This document shows, piece by piece, positions 20,222-30,309 of a stretch of DNA of 64,000 bases. Below the pieces are notes generated by a model that was not told where the DNA came from, ran no database searches, and was given only the letters and a program-made list of their open reading frames with translations. The number at the start of each line of letters is the position of its first letter. Position 1 is the first letter of the stretch. Location: assembly GCA_038060895.1 (NCBI GenBank), contig JBBTCT010000034.1, positions 1-64,000 on the forward strand, read 5' to 3'. Source of the DNA: Planctomycetota bacterium. Lineage in GTDB: Bacteria > Planctomycetota > MHYJ01 > WSZJ01. A program made the translations under genes and the position numbers.

Positions 20222-20283
20222 GCAGATCACTTTACGCGACAACATCCCTCATGTCAAGTGCTGCCGGTGAAATAAAGCGAATA

Positions 20284-21360
20284 TCACATATTTCTGACCA
20301 CGGACTGCCAGGCATCCTCGATCCCGGCCACCGGCAGGTCTTCCGCCACCCGCGCGGACCCGATCCGGTTCAGCACGACATAGCGCACGCGCCCGCCGCG
20401 CGCCTTTTTGTCCCCCGCGGCAAGCCGTTGCAGCTCCTCGGCTTTCAGCCCGAGCGCCCGGTCGGGCAGCCCCAGCTGCTTCACCAGCGCACGCACGCGC
20501 GCCTCCAGCCCCTTCCCCGACAGCCGCGCAGCCGCACACACCCCGATCGCCACCGCTTCCCCGTGCAGGTACTTTCGAAATCCGGTCGCCGCTTCGATCG
20601 CGTGCCCGAACGTGTGCCCCAGGTTGAGGAGCATGCGCGGGCCGGACTCCCGCTCGTCGCCGGCGACCACGCGGGCCTTGTGCGAAGCGCACTTCACGAC
20701 GATTTTCTCGAGCAGGGCGGGGCGGCGGACGAGGATGTCGCCGGCGTTTTTTTCGAGGAGGCTGAAGAGGCCGGCGTCGCCGATGAGGCCGTACTTGACG
20801 ACCTCGGCGAGGCCGGCGCGGAACTCGCGATCGGGGAGTGTCTTGAGCGTTTCGAGGTCGGCGATGACGGCGCGGGGCTGGTGGAAGGCGCCGACGAGAT
20901 TCTTGCCCTGCGGAAGGTTGATTCCGGTTTTTCCGCCGATCGAGGCATCGACCATGGCGAGAAGCGTCGTCGGGACCTGGACGAGGTCGATCCCGCGGTT
21001 CCACGTCGCCGCGGCGAATCCCGCGAGGTCGCCCACCACTCCCCCGCCGACCGCGACCACGACGGCGTCGCGCCCGGCCTGCGCTTGCGCGAGAGCCGCC
21101 CACAATCGCGCCAGCTGTCCCGCCTGCTTCGTGCTCTCCCCCGCCGGGACTTCGATCGAATGCACCGCAAACCCGGCGGTCTCCAGGGAAGCGGCGACGA
21201 CGCGGCCGTAGCGCGGGGCGGTGTTGGCGTCGGCGACGACGAGGGCGACGGCGGTTCTGCCGAGCGTGCTGCGGAATCGACGGCCGATCGAGGCGAGCGT
21301 CCCTCTTCCCACGAACACGGGATAAGAACGTTCTCCGAGCCTGACGGTGATCGTGGGCAT
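20284..21360 (-). CDS. aroB: 3-dehydroquinate synthase
   Basis: GGGVVGDLAGF, PTTLLAMVDASIGGKTGIN, KNLVGAFHQP, LNLGHTFGHAIE, HGEAV. Confidence 0.97.
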   Translation of the reverse strand: MPTITVRLGERSYPVFVGRGTLASIGRRFRSTLGRTAVALVVADANTAPRYGRVVAASLETAGFAVHSIEVPAGESTKQAGQLARLWAALAQAQAGRDAVVVAVGGGVVGDLAGFAAATWNRGIDLVQVPTTLLAMVDASIGGKTGINLPQGKNLVGAFHQPRAVIADLETLKTLPDREFRAGLAEVVKYGLIGDAGLFSLLEKNAGDILVRRPALLEKIVVKCASHKARVVAGDERESGPRMLLNLGHTFGHAIEAATGFRKYLHGEAVAIGVCAAARLSGKGLEARVRALVKQLGLPDRALGLKAEELQRLAAGDKKARGGRVRYVVLNRIGSARVAEDLPVAGIEDAWQSVVRNM

Positions 21361-21457
21361 GGCGGCGAAAGTTACCGGAAAAAGAGGACTTCAACATTCC
21401 AATTCTCAAGCCACTCCTGCTCAACCAAAGGTCCACCGGCCTGCGCCACAAAACAAA

Positions 21458-21489
21458 GCGAACTACAAAAGTTGCCTTTTGTAGTTCGC
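21458..21489. repeat. 14-bp perfect hairpin within an AACTACA-type repeat tract (possible terminator)
   Basis: GCGAACTACAAAAG-TTGC-CTTTTGTAGTTCGC, downstream of the 21534 gene. Confidence 0.7.
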
Positions 21490-21533
21490 GGTTTGCTTGA
21501 AAGTTTGCATTCTTGAAGTTGTAGTTCCCGTCC

Positions 21534-22019
21534 TTATTGCGCCTCCTGCTCCTCGGTCTCGTCCACGCGCTCATCGCGCGACCGTCCGCGGTACTTCTCC
21601 CACAGCGCCGCGCCGAGCGCCTTCTTCATGAACTCCGGGCTGTAGAAACCGAACTCCTCGAGGAACGCCTTCAGCGAGTCGATCCGCGCGTACGCCTGCT
21701 CCTCGCCCCGCGCCTTCGAGATGTCGTCCAGGAAGCCCTTCACCTTCGCCCGGAACTCAGAGTTGTGCGCCTCGTAGTCGCCGAGGGAGTCGATGTCGTG
21801 CACGAACTCGTCGTTGGCGGCCTTGGTCCGCGCCGCAAACGCCTTCTTGCCCTCCTCGATCAGGCGCCGGTAAGCGCCTTCGCGGAAGAGACCGATTTCC
21901 TGGAGTTTCTTCCTGAGGAGCGGAGCCATGGCCAGCTTGCCTTTCCGGACCTCGTCGCGCAGGAACGTCACGGCCGCGATGGCGTCCTTGGGCGTGGGTG
22001 CGAAGGTCTTGCTTTCCAT
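21534..22019 (-). CDS. Hypothetical protein
   Basis: AAGGAGG SD before ATG 22019; strong codon bias. Confidence 0.8.
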   Translation of the reverse strand: MESKTFAPTPKDAIAAVTFLRDEVRKGKLAMAPLLRKKLQEIGLFREGAYRRLIEEGKKAFAARTKAANDEFVHDIDSLGDYEAHNSEFRAKVKGFLDDISKARGEEQAYARIDSLKAFLEEFGFYSPEFMKKALGAALWEKYRGRSRDERVDETEEQEAQ

Positions 22020-22371
22020 GGCGACCTCCTTCGTGAGCTTGGCGCGACTCGGACGGTCCTTCATGCGTATAAGACGCTGTTCGGTTCAAGTCAGTTTGTT
22101 TTTCCTGCGAAATCTGAAGTGTGCAATCGGGGTGCCGGGTTCCGGGGTTGAGATTAAGGATTGGATTGTTTTCTTAACTCGTTGCAATTCAATGATTTAT
22201 GGTTGTTTTCTGAATTTGGAGCACTTTCAGGGCTGCGTCACCCGTGTCCGCTTCGGTAAACAGTTGTACTTTCGGCGCCATTTTGTGCTCTCCCCGCCGC
22301 CGATTTCATGACTCCCGCCGCTCCCCTTCGTTTCACCTGTCGGGTTTGATTGGACCGGAACCCGACCGGCG

Positions 22372-22377
22372 TATAAT
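22372..22377 (+). promoter_or_regulatory. -10 box of a leaderless clpS promoter
   Basis: TATAAT 6 nt upstream of ATG 22384; no SD. Confidence 0.7.
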
Positions 22378-22383
22378 GCGCGC

Positions 22384-22707
22384 ATGCCCTCCCCAGGCAT
22401 CAGCGTCTCCCCACAGCTCGATACCGACACCGAAACGCGCCTCGCGCCGCTCTTTCACGTCGTCCTCATCGACGACCAGCAGCACACGTACGAGTATGTG
22501 GTCGAAATGGTCTCGAAGGTTTTCCGCAAGTCCTGGGAAGCCTCCCTTCGCCACGCCGTCGAAGTAGACGGCACCGGCCGCACGATCCTGCAGACGTGCG
22601 CGCTGGAAATCGCGGAGCTGAAGCGCGACCAGGTGAAGTCCTACGGCGGGGACTGGCGACTGGGCTCGGTCACTTCGATGCATGCGGAGCTTGAGCGCGC
22701 CGAGTAG
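22384..22707 (+). CDS. clpS: ATP-dependent Clp protease adaptor ClpS
   Basis: PLFHVVLIDDQQHTYEYVVEM..KVF, AVEVDGTGR, EIAELK, terminal M.AELE. Confidence 0.9.
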   Translation: MPSPGISVSPQLDTDTETRLAPLFHVVLIDDQQHTYEYVVEMVSKVFRKSWEASLRHAVEVDGTGRTILQTCALEIAELKRDQVKSYGGDWRLGSVTSMHAELERAE

Positions 22708-22754
22708 GTAGCGCGGGCGCGGTGGTGGCCAGGGCGGTGCGGGGAAGACCCTTC

Positions 22755-23435
22755 TCACCTCTCCGCACTCAACCTCCTCGCCCCTTCCAGAATCTCCCCA
22801 AACATCTCTTTCGTCAGCCTCCCCGTATTCGTGTTCTGCCGCGACACGTGGTACGAGTCCAGAAGCGCTGGCCGGGCGGGCACCCGGTGTACGGCCCCGT
22901 GCGCGAACGGCCACTTCGCCAGCCTTTCTCCCCAGATCCGCAGAACCGCCTCGTGCCCGAGCCGGCCGATCGCGAGGAGGACTCGGACCCCGGGCAGAAG
23001 GGCCAGCTCCTTCGCCAACCAGGGCCGGCATGCGGCCAGCTCAGAAGGGGCAGGCTTGTTCCCGGGGGGCGCGCACCGCGCGGCGGCGGTGATCCAGCAG
23101 CCGCGAAGAGTCAGGCCGTCGTCGCGGGAAGTGGCGCGCGGCTGCGAGCAGAGACCTGCCCGGTGCAGCGCCGGATAGAGAAAGTCGCCGCTTGCGTCCC
23201 CCGTGAACATCCGGCCCGTTCGATTGGAGCCGTGGGCGCCGGGCGCGAGCCCCACCAGCACGATGCGCGCCGCGGGGTCGCCGAAACCGGGAACGGGCCG
23301 CGCCCAGTAAGGCTCGTTCGAGTGGCGGCGCGGCGGCCGCTTCGCAATCTCGCGCCGGTACTTCGTGAGCCGCGGGCAGACCTCGCAGCGGCAGATCTCC
23401 CGTTCGAGACTCGCGAGGCCGCCGGCCGACGTCAC
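22755..23435 (-). CDS. Uracil-DNA glycosylase, family 5 (UdgB-like, 4Fe-4S)
   Basis: CEVCPRL, YWARPVPGFGDP, GLAPGAHGSNRTGRMFTGD, RCAPPGNKP, YHVSRQNTNTG; GTG coupled to the upstream stop. Confidence 0.92.
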   Translation of the reverse strand: MTSAGGLASLEREICRCEVCPRLTKYRREIAKRPPRRHSNEPYWARPVPGFGDPAARIVLVGLAPGAHGSNRTGRMFTGDASGDFLYPALHRAGLCSQPRATSRDDGLTLRGCWITAAARCAPPGNKPAPSELAACRPWLAKELALLPGVRVLLAIGRLGHEAVLRIWGERLAKWPFAHGAVHRVPARPALLDSYHVSRQNTNTGRLTKEMFGEILEGARRLSAER

Positions 23436-26158
23436 TTCGCCAGGTCCTTCGCGTCCGCTTCCGTCGACAGGACCGACTCCAGTCCATCGCGATGAAATTT
23501 CACCACTCCTGTTTCGTCCGCGATCCACCAGGTCCCGGCGTCGCCGTTGCCGGCCACTTCATATTTTCGCGTGGCGACTTCCTTGCCGTCGGCCTTGAGG
23601 CGTTCTTTGCCCGCGAAGACAAGGGTTGTGGTTGTCAATCTGGAGCCGCCCAGCAGGTCCCAGGTTGAAACCTGGAGGCATTCGAGGCGGGCGAGGCTGG
23701 CCCGTTCGAGAAGGAGCGGCAGGAGATCCGAAGGAAGTATGGCGCCGCGAGCGGTGCCCGAAAGAGTCTTGGTGTCCCCCTGGACGGCCAGCTGCTCCCC
23801 GTCTATCCGGACTTTTTTCAGGGCGATGCTCGTTCCCCGAAACTCGGCCGAGATGACGATGTGGCTGCCCCGCGCGTGCATATCGACTTCGGCATCGAGC
23901 GAATTCGTGACGCCGAAGTCCGGGCCCGTAAAGGTGGCGTCGAGGTTGCCCTCGTCCGGCGCAGCAACGTCTTCGCAGGACCCGACGGACAGCGACCAGC
24001 GCCCCTCGACGTCCGCCTTCGCACCAAGCCGCTTCCACCCTCGGCGGACGCCGCCCTTCCGGTTCGCGAACCAGCGGGCGCCCCCGATTTTGGCAATCTC
24101 GGCTCGACCGAACGCGGGATCGAGCCAGCGACAGAGCGACTCGAGGCGGGACTTACAGGCGGAGTCCTTCTCGGAAACCGCGGCCTCCCGGAGAGCGGGG
24201 AGAGATTCGGGCGAAGTCTGAAGAGCCAGCAGGGCCTCGTTCGCGGCGCTCGCGTCGTTGCCGCGAAGAGCGTCGAGGCGGGATTTGAAAATGCGGGCGA
24301 CCAGAGATGCCTCGTCCCAGCCGGAAGAGAGCCACTCGTCGCGGGTGATGGGGGTGACCGTGCAGTCGTGGTACGTCATGCGCACGAGGCCCTCCGCGTC
24401 CGTGAACCAGTAGTGCTCGAGATTGGAGCCGGCGACGACGTAGTGGCGGACCAAGCAGGCGACGCCGTTTCGAGTCTCAGTCGCTTCGCCCTCGAACTTC
24501 ACCTTCGCGAACCTCACGGCCTCGCCTTCCTCCTGGCCGAGCCTCCACGTCTGGAGGCGGACCTCGGGAAGGCGGCAGAGTGAGACGCGCTCGAGCAAAG
24601 CGGAAAGGCATGGGTCAAACGTCGGCGCGGCGCGGGAGGCATTGTCCTCGTCGTTCCCGTAGCCGCTCGCGCCGTCGTAACGCGGCTTCTCGCCTTCGAT
24701 CGAGCGGACGACCGCGCGGCCCTCCACGACGCCGACGTGCCACCGCGCCACGTGCCCTTCCTCCGAAACATGGCGGAATTCTGCTTCAAGCGGCGTCAGG
24801 AACGAGTCGAAGCGCGTGCGGCCGGACCACGAGGAGCGGATGGTCCCCCGGGTGCCCTCCGAAGCGCACTCCCCTGTCCAGGAGAGGGCCGGCGACCCGC
24901 CGGCGTCAACGACGGTCGCGCCGAAGCGCTCGGCGCCCACGCGACGCTTTTCGATTTCGACCTGGAAGTAGCGCTCCCGCCAGGTCCTCGCCATGTCGGC
25001 TCTCGCGAACTCCGGGTTAAGCCAGTTTGCGCAACGAGTCAGTCTGGCATTGAGGTCGTCGTCGAGCGGCCCCGTCAGCGCTTCCCGGACCGGTCCAAGC
25101 GCCTCGGGAGTGGCGAGCACCGCGAGTTCCGCAGACGACCGGGAGTTGTCTCCCTGTGAGGCCAGCAGTTCCTCCACGCGCTGCTTCGCTTCCTTCAGCC
25201 GCATCGAAGCCGGGTCGAGTCCCGCCGCACGCGCGGTGGCCTCGTCCACGCGCGTTAACTCCAGCCGGTCAATGACCGCCCTCACCAGGCCGAGGGTGTC
25301 CGAGACCCAGAATTCTGCGGCGGGTCCGCCCTGGTGGAAGTAGCGCCGGGCTTCGATCCGCTTTCCGGCGACCTCCACCGTCTGCACGCCGCCGAACTGC
25401 GCCACGTAAGGAAGGCACTTCGTGCCGGAGCCCTCCATGAAGTAGTTGGCGAGGAATTCGATGCGGTCGAGCCGTGCGAGGGAAGCGCGCTCGATGCGCT
25501 CGGCAATGAGGGCGTCCACCGTGAAGGGGATGTCCCCATCGCGCTCGAGCGGCATCGTCCCGCGGGACCTGCGCAGGAGACTGGAGCCCTTCCCGGTGTT
25601 CTCAATCACCTCCGAGTTGAGTTGCCCGGCCTTCCAGGTGAACTTCAGCCGGGCCGTGCCTTCCGGGCCGGTGACCTGGAGCTCCCCGTCAACCGGCGTC
25701 ATATGCGGATCGTGTCGGGCGCGCAGCACCAGCCTGAAGTGTTCCGGATGAGATTCCTTGAGGATGCAGTCGCTTTCGTGCGTGAAGCGCCACGTGCGCA
25801 ATCCCGCGTCGTCCTCGAGAACGGCCTGCTGGCGTTCGGTACCGACAATCTCTCCTTCCTCGCGCACGACGAACCAGCGGTCTTTCCACGCGGCCTCCAG
25901 CGGCGCGCATTTCGACTGCACCGCCATCCAGTCGACGATCGGGCCCAGGCGCGCTTTGACTTCCGCGTCGGTCGACTTCTCCAGTACGGCCTTCGCACGT
26001 TCCCACGCCGAGCCGTCCGTGTTCCACAGCAGCTTTTCGGCGGCGTCGCGTTTTTCGGATTCGTCCGCGCCGAGATCGACGAGCGCCTGGTCCACGGCGT
26101 CGCCGGCCAGGGCGGAAGTCACGCAGGCGAGGAACATCGCGACGATCAGTGTGCGCAT
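23432..26158 (-). CDS. Secreted 908-aa protein with three internal repeats
   Basis: Signal peptide; three copies of a helix-pair plus beta-rich unit (ERASLARL / ERVSLCRL / ERASLARL). Confidence 0.8.
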   Translation of the reverse strand: MRTLIVAMFLACVTSALAGDAVDQALVDLGADESEKRDAAEKLLWNTDGSAWERAKAVLEKSTDAEVKARLGPIVDWMAVQSKCAPLEAAWKDRWFVVREEGEIVGTERQQAVLEDDAGLRTWRFTHESDCILKESHPEHFRLVLRARHDPHMTPVDGELQVTGPEGTARLKFTWKAGQLNSEVIENTGKGSSLLRRSRGTMPLERDGDIPFTVDALIAERIERASLARLDRIEFLANYFMEGSGTKCLPYVAQFGGVQTVEVAGKRIEARRYFHQGGPAAEFWVSDTLGLVRAVIDRLELTRVDEATARAAGLDPASMRLKEAKQRVEELLASQGDNSRSSAELAVLATPEALGPVREALTGPLDDDLNARLTRCANWLNPEFARADMARTWRERYFQVEIEKRRVGAERFGATVVDAGGSPALSWTGECASEGTRGTIRSSWSGRTRFDSFLTPLEAEFRHVSEEGHVARWHVGVVEGRAVVRSIEGEKPRYDGASGYGNDEDNASRAAPTFDPCLSALLERVSLCRLPEVRLQTWRLGQEEGEAVRFAKVKFEGEATETRNGVACLVRHYVVAGSNLEHYWFTDAEGLVRMTYHDCTVTPITRDEWLSSGWDEASLVARIFKSRLDALRGNDASAANEALLALQTSPESLPALREAAVSEKDSACKSRLESLCRWLDPAFGRAEIAKIGGARWFANRKGGVRRGWKRLGAKADVEGRWSLSVGSCEDVAAPDEGNLDATFTGPDFGVTNSLDAEVDMHARGSHIVISAEFRGTSIALKKVRIDGEQLAVQGDTKTLSGTARGAILPSDLLPLLLERASLARLECLQVSTWDLLGGSRLTTTTLVFAGKERLKADGKEVATRKYEVAGNGDAGTWWIADETGVVKFHRDGLESVLSTEADAKDLAK

Positions 26159-26281
26159 GGGAGCCTCGGGAGTGGGATGCCGGGGCCCATTCTGCCGTCA
26201 CACGAGCGGGGACATTCGAGAATTCGGCGGCGGGCCGCGCGTTTTCTTCCCAGCCGGGTGCGCATTCCGTACAAGGAAGCG

Positions 26282-26881
26282 ATGACTGCCGCCCAGAGGC
26301 TGCTTCCCCCGATGGCCGCCGCGATCGCCGTCGGCGACGAGGCGGGGACGGGGCGGGCGGCGGGGCGCGCGAAGCGGGGCGGAGTCAGGGTCGAGGCGAT
26401 TTTCGAAGCGGCGCTCCAGATGTACCTGTTCGCGGGCTACCCGCGGGCGATCACGGGTCTGGCGGCGGTGGAGAAAGCGTGCGGAGCCGCGAAGAAGCCG
26501 CTGACGAAGGGAACCCCGGGCGGGTGGAAAAAGCGCGGCATCAAGCTCTGCCGCCGGATTTACGCCGGCTCGACCGACCGCATGCTCGCGAACATGCGCG
26601 CGCTTCATCCTGCGCTCGCCGAGTGGATCGTCTGGGAAGGCTACGGGAAAGTGCTGTCGCGTCCCGGTCTGACGCCGGCCGAACGCGAAGCCTGCGCCGT
26701 GGCCGCGCTTGCGGCTCTTCGCGCCTGGCCCCAGCTCGAAAGCCATGCCCGCGGCGCCCTCCGGGTCGGCCTCCCGGCGGCGGCACTGCGGCTCGCGGCG
26801 GGCCGTTCCCCCCAGGCCCAAAGGATCGTGCGACTGGCAGAACGTGATATTCTGGCCAACCCGAAGGCGGGCAAGTCGTAG
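26282..26881 (+). CDS. Carboxymuconolactone decarboxylase/AhpD-like protein
   Basis: LQMYLFAGYPRA, EGYGKVLSRPGL, REACAVAALA, QLESHARGALRVG; start at ATG 26282. Confidence 0.85.
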   Translation: MTAAQRLLPPMAAAIAVGDEAGTGRAAGRAKRGGVRVEAIFEAALQMYLFAGYPRAITGLAAVEKACGAAKKPLTKGTPGGWKKRGIKLCRRIYAGSTDRMLANMRALHPALAEWIVWEGYGKVLSRPGLTPAEREACAVAALAALRAWPQLESHARGALRVGLPAAALRLAAGRSPQAQRIVRLAERDILANPKAGKS

Positions 26882-26909
26882 AAGAGAGGACCCCCAAGCG
26901 GAGAACACG

Positions 26910-27281
26910 ATGCGTTCATTCCTGATCGGGCTGGTGCTGGCGGTGATGGCGTCGCCGGTGATGGCGCAGTCCACGACGCTTGTGAACGATGAGCCGCCGC
27001 ACATCGGGCCGAGCGAGACCGAGAACGTGGTCGGGAAAATGACCGGCAAGCTGGCGCGGGGGTTCGTGAACATCCTGACCTGCATCGGGGAAATCCCGAA
27101 CCAGATGGTGAAGATGGGACATGACAAGGGATTCTGGGCGGCGATTTCGCTGGGGTTCCTGAAGGGGCTCGGGATGTTCGTCGTGCGGTTTGCCGCGGGC
27201 GCATTCGACATGGTGTTTTTCCTGTCGCCGTGGCCGGATGACTGGAAGCCGATACTTGAGCCGGAATACGTCTGGGAATAA
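26910..27281 (+). CDS. Exosortase-system-associated protein (TIGR04073-like)
   Basis: Signal peptide; KLARGFVNILTCIGEIP, R..AGAFD..F..P.P, PEYVW. Confidence 0.8.
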   Translation: MRSFLIGLVLAVMASPVMAQSTTLVNDEPPHIGPSETENVVGKMTGKLARGFVNILTCIGEIPNQMVKMGHDKGFWAAISLGFLKGLGMFVVRFAAGAFDMVFFLSPWPDDWKPILEPEYVWE

Positions 27282-27348
27282 CGGCGGCAACCCGACGCGC
27301 CCTTCTCCGGAATATTCACCCCTCTAGTGCCGTAGACTTCTCACTGTC

Positions 27349-29970
27349 ATGAAGCGCTTTCTCCTCGCACTCTCGGTCCTTCTCCTCTCCGCGGCCACCA
27401 CCCGCGCCGACCGCGCGGCCTCCGAAGCCGCGGTCCGCGAGGGCGACGCCGCCCTCCAGGCAAAGAACCTCCCCGCCGCGATCGAGGCCTACTCCCGCGC
27501 GATCGAAGCCGATCGCAGCTACGGCCAGGCCTGGGGGAAACGCGGGATCGCCCGGTATCGGACCTCATCCGCTGCGGCGCTCGAAGACCTCGGCATCGCG
27601 AAGTCGCTCGAGCCGAACGTCAAGGACTGGAAGTTCTGGAACGCGCAGACGTATATCCACCTCGATCGCGTCATCGAAGCGCTCGAGGAGACCGAAGCGC
27701 TTCACAAGGCCTTTCCCGATGATCTCGACGCCCGCTGCCTCTACGGCCGCGCGCTCATCCGCGCCGGCGACGTCGATGGCGGCATCGCGCAGCAGGAAGC
27801 GGCGTTCGAGGCGTCGCGCGGCGACGCTCTGCTGCCGCTTCGGACGGAGGGCTACCAGCGGCGCGGGGACTGGAAGCGGATGCGCGACACGGCGGAGCAT
27901 GGGATCAAGGGAGGCGCGCCGAGCACGATCCTGCATTTTCACAGGGTGATCGCGCTGACGGAGGCGGGCGACTTCGCAGGCGCGGACGCGGCGGCGAAGG
28001 AGATCGAGGCGAAGACGCAGGGGGTGACGGCGAAGATGAGCCGCCTGTATCTCGAATCGTCCCCGGACGCGGGCGCCTTCTTCAATGCGGACTCCTCGGC
28101 GACGGACATTGCGATCGTCCTCGCCAATTCGAACAACACCGAGGCGAACAATGCCGCGGCACGGGCGCTCTTCCTCACCGGCCGGGCGCGCGAGGCGCTC
28201 GACCTCCTCGAAAGCCGCGGCCGGCGGACCAACTTCGAGACGCTTTTCTGGATCGGCGCCTGCAACTGGAAGCTCGGGCGGCTGCCTGAAGCGCGGGCGG
28301 CGCTCGAGGACGCGCGGCGGTACAACCCGTACCTCGCGAAGCACTCGATCCGCGTGAAGGGATTCGACGAATTCGTATCGATGGTGGACCGGGAGCTGCA
28401 GGGCGAGGGCGCGCAGCCGGAGCGGTTGAAGCTGGGGCGCGAGATGGCGGTGCACCTCCTGACGGTCGCCGAGATCGAGGCGCTGGTGCGGCGGTACCGT
28501 TTCTCCCGCGCCGCGGCCGAGTACGAGACGCTGCTGCCGACGCTGAAAAGTGCGCTTCGGCGGTCGGAAGTCGAGGCTCGGCTGCCGCAGGTGAAAGGGA
28601 TGGCGGGGGCGCTCGCGAAGCTGGTGGCGGGCGTGAACGGCGGCAAGGTCAAACTGAAAACGAAGGTCGGGAAGACCGAGCTCACGATCACCCGGGCCAA
28701 TCCGGAGACGTTCGAGTTCGCGATCGCGGGCGGCCAGGGCAAATTCCCCTGGGCCTACCTGGACGTCGAGGTGTTCTGCGATTTCGCGACGCAGGCCGGA
28801 CTGACCGCGGACGAAACCTACGGCCTCGGCTGCCTCGCCTGGGACGCCGGGCTGCGCGAGCGCGCGGCGGCGCTCTTTGCCGAAGTCTGGAAATCAAAGG
28901 CGGCGCTTCGCACCGGCATCACCGCCTTCATCGCGCGGCGTCGGGGAGTCTCCGCGCCCGGCGACGGCTTCATCTGGTTCCGCGGGCAGTATGCGACGAG
29001 GGAAGAGAAGGCGAATCTCGAGAAGGGGCTGTTGCCGTGGGAGGGCGGGTGGGTTCCGGCGAAGGACCGGGAGATGCTGGCGAAAGGGATGGTGCAGGTG
29101 GACGGGAAGTGGCTGCCGGGGGACGAGGCGCAGCTGCTGAGAAAAGGGTTCCGGAAGCTCGACGGCAAGTGGGTGACGGGCGAGGAGTGGGACGAGCATC
29201 ACAAGGTGTGGGCGAACGCGTGGGTCGAGGAGACGGCGCACTACACGATCCGCACGAACGAGTCCGAGGCGTTCGCGAAGGACCTCGCGAGCCTGATGGA
29301 GCCGGCGTACGAGGCGTATAAGGCGTTCTACGGCGGCGACGAGCCGAAGCTGCCTGCGAAGGAGAAGATGACGCTGTTCGGGTTCCGCACCTACGAGGAT
29401 TACCGCCGCTACTGCACGGAGCAGAACGCGGAGGACCACCTCGGGGCGGCCGGCTTCGCGATGAGCAACTCAAACGTCGTCGTCGGCTGGAACAAGACCG
29501 GCAACCGGCTTCAGTTCCTGCAGACGATGGCCCACGAGGCCGCGCACCTCTACTGGTTCCGCGTCGCGCCCTCCGGCAGGGCCCCGAGCTGGTTCGCGGA
29601 GGGGATGGCGACGTACTTCGAGGGGTTCGACTGGGACGGCAAGTCCTGGAAGTTTGGCGGCGTGCCCGACAGCCGCCTCCCGCGCATCCGCGACGCGATG
29701 CAAGAAGGAAAGCACCTCAAGCTCGAAGAACTGTGGAAGGGCGACGCGCTGGCGCTCATCAACAACGACTCGCAGAAGGCGCTGCTGTTCTACTCGGAAT
29801 GCTGGGCGCTGAACTACTACCTCGCCGAAACCGAAAACAAAACATACAGGGCCGCGTTCGCGGATTACCGGAAGGCGATCGCGGCCGGCCGCGACGAGCC
29901 GCTGTCGAAGTACATCCCGGACCTGGAGAAGTTCGAGAAGGACTGGGTGAGGTTTGTGACGGGGCTCTGA
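27349..29970 (+). CDS. Secreted TPR protein with C-terminal gluzincin (DUF1570-like) domain
   Basis: Signal peptide, TPR-like helices, repeated KG....GKW units, AHEAAH...WFAEGMATYFE. Confidence 0.85.
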   Translation: MKRFLLALSVLLLSAATTRADRAASEAAVREGDAALQAKNLPAAIEAYSRAIEADRSYGQAWGKRGIARYRTSSAAALEDLGIAKSLEPNVKDWKFWNAQTYIHLDRVIEALEETEALHKAFPDDLDARCLYGRALIRAGDVDGGIAQQEAAFEASRGDALLPLRTEGYQRRGDWKRMRDTAEHGIKGGAPSTILHFHRVIALTEAGDFAGADAAAKEIEAKTQGVTAKMSRLYLESSPDAGAFFNADSSATDIAIVLANSNNTEANNAAARALFLTGRAREALDLLESRGRRTNFETLFWIGACNWKLGRLPEARAALEDARRYNPYLAKHSIRVKGFDEFVSMVDRELQGEGAQPERLKLGREMAVHLLTVAEIEALVRRYRFSRAAAEYETLLPTLKSALRRSEVEARLPQVKGMAGALAKLVAGVNGGKVKLKTKVGKTELTITRANPETFEFAIAGGQGKFPWAYLDVEVFCDFATQAGLTADETYGLGCLAWDAGLRERAAALFAEVWKSKAALRTGITAFIARRRGVSAPGDGFIWFRGQYATREEKANLEKGLLPWEGGWVPAKDREMLAKGMVQVDGKWLPGDEAQLLRKGFRKLDGKWVTGEEWDEHHKVWANAWVEETAHYTIRTNESEAFAKDLASLMEPAYEAYKAFYGGDEPKLPAKEKMTLFGFRTYEDYRRYCTEQNAEDHLGAAGFAMSNSNVVVGWNKTGNRLQFLQTMAHEAAHLYWFRVAPSGRAPSWFAEGMATYFEGFDWDGKSWKFGGVPDSRLPRIRDAMQEGKHLKLEELWKGDALALINNDSQKALLFYSECWALNYYLAETENKTYRAAFADYRKAIAAGRDEPLSKYIPDLEKFEKDWVRFVTGL

Positions 29971-30309
29971 GAAAGCCGCGAAGGGCACACGCGAACTCGC
30001 TGGGACAAGAATGGCACCCTTCCAGGCGCTACCGTACTTTACATTTGGTAACTACAAATGCTCACCCGGCGCCTCTTGCACGGCGGACTGCCGCCGGCTC
30101 TCCTCGCGGACGAAAAGAGGCCTGGGCTCTACCGCGAGTGGCTTGATTCGACCTTTCCGCTATCGGTCCTAAATGCAACATACTGCACTTACAATGCCGT
30201 TTTCGTGCAGTGCAGTGCGGATCGAGCCCCATGTCAGGCGGTCCGGAAGTCCGTGTGATGCCGCATTGGAGATGGCTGCTGGACTGAAAGCAGGTATGGT
30301 CCCCGCTCC

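Noticed and set aside
25334-26281. N-terminal extension of the AhpD-like gene (515-aa ORF)
   Set aside because: Antisense to the 908-aa gene; family motifs begin only after ATG 26282
30058-30258. 66-aa ORF as a protein-coding gene
   Set aside because: Atypical codon usage, no SD and no motif
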